A DNA stretch of 64,000 nt from the human T2T-CHM13v2.0 reference genome, Homo sapiens: the NCBI RefSeq assembly GCF_009914755.1, contig NC_060943.1, one strand, 5' to 3'. Positions 50,086 to 64,000 of this stretch are shown in pieces (the stretch's first letter is position 1; each line of letters starts with the position of its first letter). A program made the translations under genes and the position numbers. Under the pieces are notes generated by a model. The model saw only the letters and a program-made list of their open reading frames with translations. It was not told the origin of the DNA and did no database searches.

Positions 50086-50599
50086 TTTAAGTAGAGATGG
50101 GGTTTCACCATGTTGCTCAGGCTGGTCTCAAATTCCTGGACTCGAGTGATCTGCCCACCTTGGCCTCCCAAAGTAGGATTTTCTTAAATCATGTTAAATC
50201 ATGTGCCAGTGGGTTATACTGTCTATGAACTTCATTTCAGGAGAACAGAGAGAACTTTCCCAGAACTGACATTCAAGCCAGCACACGCCCTGGTATGGCC
50301 ACGCCAGTGGTTAAGACAGCAAAACACTAAATTATGGATTATTTACTCATTCATAAACGGTCACTGCCATGAACCCCCTGACTATTAGTATCCTCCTAGC
50401 TCTCCCTGGGGATCCCCTGGGCTGCCCTCTGGCCCAGAAGTCCAGGGGTTAAACTGGGTATAGTGGGAGATAAGAGGGACCCATATCCCGGATGTTGGAT
50501 GGACTGATGACTTTGCCAAGCAGTAAATATTTTGTCTATCAGCCCTACATGTTACAAAATATTTGCTATGAACAATAGTGGCATGTAAAGACCTGTCTA

Positions 50600-50731
<132 letters not shown>

Positions 50732-51044
50732 TTAGGAGGGGCGAGTGGCTCATGCCTGTAATCCCAGCACTTTGGGAGGCTGAGGCGGGCAGATCACTTG
50801 AGGTCAGGAGTTTGAGACCAGCCCAGTCAACATGGTGAAACCACGTCTCTACTAAAAATACAAAAATTAGCCAGGTGTGGCGGCTCACACCTGTAATCCC
50901 AGCACTTTGGGAGGCCGAAGAGGGCGGATTACTTGAGGTCAGGAGTTCAAGACCAGCCTGAACAACATGGTGAAACCCCATCCCTACTAAAAATACAAAA
51001 ATTAGCCGGGCGTGATGGTGGGTGCCTGTAATCCCAGCTACTCA

Positions 51045-51188
<144 letters not shown>

Positions 51189-51449
51189 CTACAAATGCAC
51201 CTTTATGCACAATAGCCCCAACCTGGAAACCATCAGATGTAAATCAACAGGTGGGTGGATAAGCAAACTGTGGTACACTCAGACAACATAATACTCCTTA
51301 GCAAGTTTTTTAAAAAAGGAAAGAACTGGGCCGGACGTGGTGGCTCACGCCTGTAATCCCAGCACTTTGGGAGGTCGAGGCGGGCCGATCACCTGAGGTC
51401 GGGAGTTCAAGACCAGCCTGACCAACATGGCAAAACCCTGTCTCTACTA

Positions 51450-51608
<159 letters not shown>

Positions 51609-54081
51609 TCAAAAAAAAAAAAAAGAAAAGAAAAGAAAGAACAAACTACTGATACATGCAAAAATAAGAATAAATCCCAAAAGCATTATGACACATAAAA
51701 AAAAGCCAGATGCAAGACGCTACATAGTATATGATTCCACCAATGTAAAATTCTAGAAGAGGTAAAACTAATTCATAGTGACCAAAAGCAGATCAGTGGT
51801 TACCGGGGCCTGGAGCTGGAGAGAGGGGCAGACTGCAAAGAAGCATGAGGAAATTTGGGGATGATGAGAATATCATGTATCTTGATTATGGGAGTGGTTT
51901 TTCACAGTATATTCATCTGTCAAAACTCATTTAACTGTATTTTATTTATTTATTTATTTATTTTGAGACAGGGTCTCGCAGCATTGCTCAGGCTGGTCTC
52001 AAACTCCTGGGCTTAAGCGATCCTTCTGCCTCGGCCTCTCAAAGTGCTGGAATTACAGGCATGAGCCTGGCCTAATTGATTTTAACGGGTGCAATTTATC
52101 ATATGAAACAATTTTTTTGGAGCCAGCCTTGCTCTGTTGCCCAGGCTAGAGTGCAGTGGTGCAGTCTTGGCTCACTGCAACCTCTACCTTCTGGATTCAA
52201 GTGATTCTCATGCCTCAGCCACCTGAGTAGCTGGGATTACAGGTGTGCACAACCACACCTGGTTAATTTTTGTATTTTTAGTGGAGATGGAGTTTCACCA
52301 TGTTGGCCAGGCTGGTCTTGAACTCCTGGCCTCAAATGATTTGCCTTGACCTCCCAAAGTGCTAGGATTACAGGTGTGAGCCACCTTGCCCGGCCTATTG
52401 TATGTAAATTATACCTCAATAAAGTTGACCTCAAAAAGAGCAGATGGGGGCAGAATCCAACAGGCCTAAGAACATTGACCTGTCTCTAAGAGAGACAAAA
52501 CTGAGTCACTGCCCTCTGCCTTTCTGTCCCCATACTGCCACTCTGAGCCTAGAACCCAGGACCAACCCTAATCCGGGGCCAGCCTGGGCCCTCCTTCCTG
52601 GGCCAAGCTCCTTCAAAGAGGCAAGAGGGGTGGGTGGGGCAATGGAGAAAGGGAGAGAAAGGTGGGAGCTGGGAACTGGGACCCAGGGAGTGACCGTCAA
52701 AGTGCCTTTTCTTCTGCTCTTACGTAACCTGCACTAGCAGCCTTTGGGTGAGGCATAAGAGAGCCATTGTCACCGGCGGGTGAGACCTGGCAGTGCTCAT
52801 CCAAGGTCACATAGTTGCCAGGCAGCAGAGTCGAGACTGAACCAGCCTCTTCCACCATTCCACGAGTGTTTATTGAGCTCCTGCTATACGCATGCACCGG
52901 ACCCTATGCTAGACTCTGAGCCTACAGCAGTGAACAATTCAAAGATGGTTCCCCCACAGAGTGACCTTCCCAGTGGGGACAGGCAGGAAACAATAAACAT
53001 CATAAACCAGTGAATTCTATCGTCTGTTGGGAGGGGACTGTTGCTATTAAAAAAGGAGAACAGGGCAGGGCACGGTGGTTCACAACTATAATCCCAGCAC
53101 TTTGGGAGGCGTAGGTGGGAGGATCCTTTCAGCCCAGGAGTTCAAAACCAGCCTGGACAACATACAGAGACTGTGTCGCTACAAAAAAAAAAAATTAAGA
53201 AAAAAAAATAGCTGGGCAGGGTAGCATGGGCCTATAGTCCCAGCTACTTAGGAGGCTGAGGTGGGAGTGTCACTTGAGCCTGGGAGGTCAAAGCTGAAAT
53301 GAGCTGTGATCATGAAACTGCATTCCAGCCTGGGCAACAGAGCAAGAACCTGTCTTTAAAAAAAAAAAAAAAAAGTAGAGCAGGCCTGGCGTGGTGGCTT
53401 ATGCCTGTAATCCCAGTACTTTGGGAGGCCGAGGTGGGAGGATTGCTTGAGCTCAGGAGTATGAGCCTGGCCAGCCTGGGCCATAGAGCAAGACCCCATC
53501 TCTGTTTGTTTGTTTGTTTGTTTGTTTGTTTGTTTGTGACAGGGTCTATCTCTGTCTCCCAGGCTGGAGTGCAGTGGCGCGATCTTGGCTCACTGCAACC
53601 TCTGCCTCCCGGGTTCAACAATTCTCATGCCTCAGCCTCCCGAGTAGCTGGGATAACAGGCGCCCGCCACTACACCCAGCTAATCTTTGTATTTTTAGTA
53701 GAGACAGGTTTTTGCCACATCTCTCGAACTCCTGACAGCGAGTGATCCACCTGTCTCGGTCTCCTAAAGAGCTGGGATTACAGGCGTGTACCACGACACC
53801 TGGCTAATTTTTGTATTTGTAGTAGAGACAGGGTTTCGCCATGTTGGCCAGGCCGGTCTTGAACTCCTGGCATCAAGTGATCTGCCTGCCTCAGCCTCCC
53901 TAAGTGCACAGATTACAGGCATGAGCCACTGCGTCTGCCCAAGACCCCGTCTCTTAATAAAAAAAAAAAAAAAAAAAGAGGAAAAGGGCTGGGCGTGGTG
54001 GCTCACGCCTGTAATCCCAGAACTTTGGGAGGCCTGAGGTGGGCAGATCACGAGGTCAGGAGATCGAGACTATCCTGGCTA

Positions 54082-54519
<438 letters not shown>

Positions 54520-54679
54520 TCAAGGAATGGCAGAGGCTGGAGTAAGAGAGGGAGGAGGAGAGTGGGAAGAGGTGAGGTCGGTGAAGTAAGGCGCATCCTA
54601 CAGAGGCTATGGGGAGCACCTTGGATTTTTCTCTGGGTTCTGAGCTGCGGAGGGCCACGAGCTGCCATGATGGAAACAG

Positions 54680-54693
54680 GCGCCCTCTGGAGG
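54680..54693 (-). promoter_or_regulatory. CTCF motif
   Basis: Reverse complement TGGCCTCCAGAGGGCGCC. Confidence 0.6.
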
Positions 54694-55248
54694 CCATATG
54701 GGGAACAGACGGAAGAGGTTGGGGCTCAGGAGTCCCGGCGTGAAGGCAATTTCAATAGTTCAGGTGGGAGATGATGGCAGCTGGCCAGGGTGGTACCCAG
54801 TGTGGAAGGTGTAGAGGGGCCAGATTTGGGGTTTGAGGGCAGAGAAACTGAGATTTCTGGTAGCTTGAATGTGGGATATGACGGGCAGAAGGAGGGCGTA
54901 GCAGGGGAAGGAAATAAAGTGGCTTGTTCTGTATGTGACTGGAGCCCAGCTCCTTGCACCAACCCGGGCTCCTGCACCCCTCAGCAGGCCCAGGGATCCC
55001 CACCGCCAGGCCAGAGCCAACCCCATGGAACCCAAAGTGCTCAAGCTCCCCAGTGAATGAGGCTCTTAATGTATCACCGCCCGTCAGGCCTGGCCTGGCA
55101 TCCGGGTTTCTCCACCTGCGGGGTGCAGGGGCCACATTGGTGGGTTCCAGATTCCAAGTTCCAGTATTTGGAGGAGGTGGCAGAGGAGGGCCCCCACCCC
55201 ACCGTTTTCATCTTTCACCCAAGATTTGCACAGGTTTCATTTTAATGA

Positions 55249-55392
<144 letters not shown>

Positions 55393-55524
55393 TGAAACTA
55401 CAAATGTCCAGATAATTTTTTACATTTTTAGTAGAGACGGGGTTCCACTATGTTGGCCAAGCTGGTCTCAAACTACTAACCTGAGATGATCCACCTGCTT
55501 CGGCCTCCCAAAGTGCTGGGATTA

Positions 55525-55866
<342 letters not shown>

Positions 55867-56199
55867 TCAAAAAAAAAAAAAAAAAAAAAGCAGTGGCTGG
55901 GTGCAGTGGTGCATGCCTGTAATCCCAACACTTTGGCCTGGGAGTTCCAGACCAGCCTGGGCAACATAGTGAGATCCCTTGTTTACAAAACAAAACAAAA
56001 CAAAAACAAAAACCTTTTCTAATTAAAAATAGCTGGGCATGGCCAGGCACAGTGGTGGCTCACTCCTGTAATCCCAGCACTTTGGGAGGCTGAGGCAAAT
56101 CACCTGCGGTCGGGATTTCGGGACCAGCCTGGCCAACATGACAAAACCCCGTCTCTACAAAAAATACAAAAATTAGCCAGGCCTGGTGGCAGGTGCCTG

Positions 56200-57365
<1,166 letters not shown>

Positions 57366-57598
57366 CTAGCTACTCGGGAGGCTGAGGTGGGAGGATCGAT
57401 TGAGCTCAGGAGTCTGAGGCTACAGTGAGACATAATCACACCACTACATTCCAGCCTGCGAGACAGAGCAAGGTCTCAAATCTTTAAAAATATTTTTTTT
57501 TTTTTAGAAAAAGTTTGAGCCAGGCGCAATGGTTCACACTTGTAATCCCAACAGTTTCGGAGGCTGAGGCAGGCGAATCACCTGAGGTCAGGAGTTCA

Positions 57599-57892
<294 letters not shown>

Positions 57893-58027
57893 TTATGAAA
57901 TATGTAGGTAGGTTTATAGCTCCATAAACAGGCATCCCTCAGAATATAAACCTAATCTATTCCCAAAAAAGTAGTATATAGAAACTTTGGGGATAAACCA
58001 CTATTTATTTATTTATTTTTTTTTTGA

Positions 58028-58162
<135 letters not shown>

Positions 58163-58309
58163 TAACCCAGATAATTTTTGTATTTTTAGTAGAAACAGGG
58201 TTTTACCACGTTGGCCAGGCTGGCCTCAAATTCGTGACTCCAGGTGATCCATCCGCTTCACCTCCCAAAGTGCTGGGATTACAGGAATGAGCCACCTGCC
58301 CAGCTTTAA

Positions 58310-58429
<120 letters not shown>

Positions 58430-59003
58430 TGAGTAGCTGGGACTACAGGCGCTTTCCACTACGCCCGGCTGATTTTTGTATTTTTACATCCATGTTGGCC
58501 AGGATGGTCTCCATCTCTTGACATTGTGATCCACCCGCCTCAGCCTCCCAAAGTGCTGGGATTACAGGCATGAGCCACTGCACCCAGCCCCGGCTTTTAT
58601 TTTAAGCAGAGAAAATAATGCACTCCCAGCTTCATCCAAGAATGCTAAACAATTTCCTAGAATATCAATAAAAGACTCTTAAACACCTACATAACAGCCT
58701 ACCACGGATCATGGCATAGTAGAAAGCATTTAAAATACCAATTACCTAATTATTCAACACTTAAACTCATGAATGATTATGTTTGCGTACAATACAAAAG
58801 TATTCTGCACAGAATCAGATATAAATTATATTTTCCTTCCGCAGTGCAATGATCATGGGGTATAACTAAACAAACAAACAAAAAGATACTAAAGATACCG
58901 TCTATAATTGGACCCAGGTCAGTGGTGCCTCCAGGCACCTGGCCAAAGTCAACACAGGGGGTTTGGAAGCGGAAGATAATATCAACAATGGCTAACACAT
59001 TCA

Positions 59004-59171
<168 letters not shown>

Positions 59172-59347
59172 TTAGCGGCCGGGCGTGGTGGCTCATGCCT
59201 GTAATCCCAGCACTTTGGGAGGCCAAGGCAGGCAGATCACCTGAGGTCGGGAGTTTGAGGCCAACCTGACCAACATGGAGAAATCCTGTGTCTACTAAAA
59301 ATACAAAATTAGCCTGGCATGGTGGCTCATGCCTGTAATTCCAGCTA

Positions 59348-59530
<183 letters not shown>

Positions 59531-59542
59531 TCAGGATGCTGA

Positions 59543-59977
<435 letters not shown>

Positions 59978-61779
59978 TAGTCCATATTCTGAACTTACAC
60001 AGGATGTAAAACAGTTGCAGAGTGGGTTTTTATCCAAATAGCTATTTTGGGGTTTCAAGGAAATAAAATAATTCTTGGGACAATTTGGATAGTGAGAGTT
60101 GGGATATGAAGGGATGCTGCATTCCTAAGTAGGTGGTCACAAAGGAAAATAAATTGTTACCATGCGTTGTGCAGATTTTTGTTGTTGTTGCTCTTGAGAG
60201 AGTCTTGCTCTGTTGCCCAGGTTCGAGTGCAGTGGCGCAATCTTGGCTCACTGCAACCTCCACTTCTTGGGTTCAAGCGATTCTCCTTGTGCAGATTTTT
60301 TTAAGAGATAGGGTCTCAATCTGTTGCTCAGGCTGGAGTGCAGTCACATAATCATAGCTCACTGCAGCCTTGAACACTTGAGCTCAAGTGATTCTCTCGC
60401 CTCAGCCTCTTGAGTAGTGGAAACTCCAGATACGTACCAACCACCACACCCAGATTGTAGAAAAAATTTAACTGGAAGGCACACAGGGCAAAATGCATGT
60501 GATTTGTGTACAGGTTCGTTAACTTTCCCAAATGCATCCATCTGTGGAATCATCACCCAAATCAAGGTAAGATATTTGCTTTATCATAGAAGGTTCTTTT
60601 GTGCTCCCTTCTGATCAATATGCTATTTTTTTTTTTCTTTTGAGATGGAGTCTTGCTCTGTCACCCAGGCTGGAGTGCAGTGGCACAATCTCGGCTCACT
60701 GCAAGCTCCGCCCCCTGGGTTCACCACATTCTCCTGCCTCAGCCTCCAGAGTAGCTAGGATTACAGGCGCCCGCCACCACGCCCTGCTAATTTTTTGTAT
60801 TTTTAGTAGAGATGGGGTTTCACCATATTAGCCAGGATGGTCTCGATCTCCTGACCTCATGATCCGCCCACCTCGGCCTCCCAAAGTGCTAGGATTACAG
60901 GCATGAAGCCACCGTGCCTGGCCCCATATTCATTCTCAAAGGGCACCACTGTTCTGATTTCCCACCATAGGCCAGTTGAGCATGTTCTAGCCCTCCTCTA
61001 AATGGAACTATACAGTATTTACCGTCTCTGGCTTCTTTATCTCAACAAATTATCTGAAATGCATTTCTGTTGCAGTGTAGGTCGATATCGCTCTTATTTA
61101 TTGCTGAGTAATCTTCCATTGTATGAATGTACCAGTGTATCCAATTGATTTGTTCCCAAATTTTGGCAATGATGAGTACAGCAGCTAAACGTTTGTGGAC
61201 ACATTTTTGTAAAAGCAAAAGTTTTCACTTCTCTTGGGTAAATACCCAGGAGTGCAACTCCTAAGCTGCATAGTAAATAAATATATATTATATATATATA
61301 TATATATTTTTTTTTTGAGACAGAGTTTTGCTTTTGTCACCCAGACTGGAGTGCAATGGTGAGATCTTGGCTCACTGCAACATTCTGCCTCCTGGGTTCA
61401 AGCGATTCTCCTGCCTCAGCCTCCCAAGTAGCTGGGACTACAGGCATGTGCCACCACGCCCGGCTAATTTTTGTATTTTTAGTAGAGACGGGGTTTCACC
61501 ATGTTGGCCAGGCTGGTCTCGAACTCCTGACCTCAGGTGATCCATCCACCTCGGCCTCCCAAAGTGTTGGGATTACAGGCGTGAGCCACTGCACCCACCC
61601 TGTATTTTTTAACTTTATTAAGAAACTGCCCAGTTATTTTCCAAAACAACTCAGCCATCTACTAAGGGAGCACCAACCAAGAGATGAGGAGTCCTGTTGT
61701 ATCCCATCCTCCCTTGGTCTTGTATTCAGCCATTCTACTGTGTATAGTGGTGTCTCATTGTGGTTTCCCGTGGTGTTTA

Positions 61780-62145
<366 letters not shown>

Positions 62146-62176
62146 TCAAGGAATCCTCCCCACCGCAGACTTCTGA

Positions 62177-62428
<252 letters not shown>

Positions 62429-62731
62429 TGATCTTGAACTCCTGACCTCGTGATTCGCCCGCTTCGGCCTCCCAAAGTGCTGGGATTACAGGTGTGAGCC
62501 ACCGTGCTCGGCCTTAATTTTTGTATTTTTTTGTAGAGACGATGTCTCACTATGTTGCCCAGGCTTGTCTTGAACTCCTGGCCTGGAGTGATCTCAAAGT
62601 GCTGGGATTACAGGTGTGAGCCCCCATGCCCAGCCCAGTGGTGTTTCTTGATGAGCAGATACTGTCATTGCAGTGGCCAGTGCTTTAAGTCAAATTCTCA
62701 AGAACACCTGATTAAATAGTTGACACTCAAT

Positions 62732-62737
62732 TTTATT
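62732..62737 (-). terminator. SLC1A5: SLC1A5 polyadenylation signal AATAAA
   Basis: tttatt on the plus strand about 600 nt past the stop. Confidence 0.8.
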
Positions 62738-62880
62738 GCTAAAAAAAATGTCCTCTGGAGTGACAGCAGGTATTTGTCCTCAGCCTCTCCCCAGAGTCCC
62801 TGGGAGTGTTTCTGTTATTGTGGAGGGAATAGGGGATCTGGGGACAGGGTGGGACGTACCATGGGGACAGGAGGTCACAG

Positions 62881-62881
<1 letters not shown>

Positions 62882-62919
<38 letters not shown>

Positions 62920-62928
62920 ACACACACA
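62882..62928. repeat. (CA)n microsatellite in SLC1A5 3'UTR ((UG)n in the mRNA)
   Basis: acacacac...gtgcacacacaca. Confidence 0.9.
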
Positions 62929-63334
62929 TCCCCCCACAACTACAGCCGCCAAAATAACCAGCATGGTGTTGTAACATCCCCCCAGTGGGGGCTAGAATTC
63001 CCCATGGTGACCTGTGACCTGCTCCCTGAGACAGGGGAGGCCAGGCAGGTCACGGTGGGGACGCAGCAGAACATTATTTCTCCATCTTGCTGTTTTCTAG
63101 CCTTGAGTTGGGGACATGAGTGAGAACTGGGGGTTTTGAGGAGTAACCCTTGTGAACACATGTACTCCAGCAGCCAGGCATCCCAGATCTCCTGTCCTGG
63201 AGGGTGCTGGGGCCCCTGGCTCCCCAGAGTGTGCAGGCAGACCCCCAGAGCCCTAGCTCATCCATTTATCCATTCCTCATAATCCAGTGTCCAAAGAGCA
63301 CCCCCAGCAGGGCAGGGAAGGTCCCTCCCGGGGT

Positions 63335-63572
63335 TTACATGACTGATTCCTTCTCAGAGGCGACCGTGGCATCCCCTGCGGGCCCCCGATAGTGTTTGAG
63401 GAGGGGGTTTCCTTCCTCAGTGGGGAGTGGCAGCGGATCCAGGGGCAGCTCACTCTTCACTTGTATCAACTCAGGCTCTGTGCTTCTCGACTCCGTACGG
63501 TCCACGTAATTTTGGAGGAGTCCTGCCCCCAGAGCGTCACCTTCTACATTGAGGACGGTACAGGACCGGTCG
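63335..63572 (-). CDS. SLC1A5: Neutral amino acid transporter ASCT2, last coding exon (238 nt; DRSCTVLNVEGDALGAG...SEKESVM*)
   Basis: ctttag acceptor at 63573; TM8 DRxxTxxNVxGD motif of SLC1 transporters with the ASCT-type Cys; C-terminal ESVM. Confidence 0.96.
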
Positions 63573-63699
63573 CTAAAGGGGTAGAAATGACAGCAAAGTA
63601 AGCGGGAGGGGAGAGGGTGAGAGGGAAGGAAAGGGCCAAGGCCTAAGCCTCCTGCCTCTCTCCCCCTGGAATCTAAAAAGTAAAAATTAAGAGTTGGAG

Positions 63700-63920
63700 T
63701 CAGCCTGGGCAACATAGTGAGATCCCATCTTTATATATATTTAAAAAAAAAAAAAATTAGCCAGTCATGGTAGTGCACACCTATAGTCCCAGCTACTCAG
63801 GAGGCTGGGGCAGGAGGATCGCTGGAGCCTGGGAGGTGGAGGCTGCAGTGATCACAACCATGATCACATCACTACACTCCAGCCTGGGTGACAGAGCCAG
63901 ACTGTGTCTCGAAAAAAAAT
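63700..63920 (+). mobile_element. AluJ fragment in the SLC1A5 last intron
   Basis: cagcctgggcaacatagtgagatccc...ccagcctgggtgacagag. Confidence 0.8.
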
Positions 63921-64000
63921 TATAATTCACCTACCATAAAATTAACCTTTTAAAAGTGTCCATCTTGGTATTTTTTAGTATATTCAGACTTGTGCAACCA

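Noticed and set aside
63573-63715. N-terminal part of the 126-aa minus-strand ORF
   Set aside because: Intronic and begins in an Alu; the real exon starts at the acceptor (63572).

Overview
Human genomic DNA (Alu-dense, with a human-specific AluYb8 signature), recognisable as the chr19q13.32 PRKD2-STRN4-FKRP-SLC1A5 block. From left to right: (1) the 5' end of PRKD2 on the minus strand (coding exons 1-2, leader and CpG-island promoter); (2) the complete STRN4/zinedin gene on the minus strand, whose 17 coding exons I spliced by hand to 2262 nt (753 aa; 760 aa with the alternative exon-9 acceptor), plus a non-coding last exon; (3) FKRP on the plus strand, with three 5'UTR exons, a GC-AG intron and a single-exon 495-aa CDS, overlapping STRN4 head-to-head; (4) an Alu-saturated ~16 kb intergenic tract holding a THE1 LTR and a HERV-K LTR5 solo LTR, each inserted inside an Alu; (5) the last exon and 3'UTR of SLC1A5 on the minus strand. 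The most notable structures not explained by the gene models are an array of eight 14-bp RFX X-box motifs beside the STRN4/FKRP promoter, a TISU-initiated spliced 26-aa uORF at the very start of the FKRP mRNA, a STRN4 3'UTR intron 66 nt after the stop bridged by a TGATG stop-start mini-ORF ending 1 nt before the junction, a regenerated recursive donor at STRN4 exon 16, candidate STRN4 poison exons, and a truncated AluYb8 nested in FKRP intron 3. Gene identities come from recognising the proteins, not from a database search. Repeat boundaries and subfamilies are approximate.
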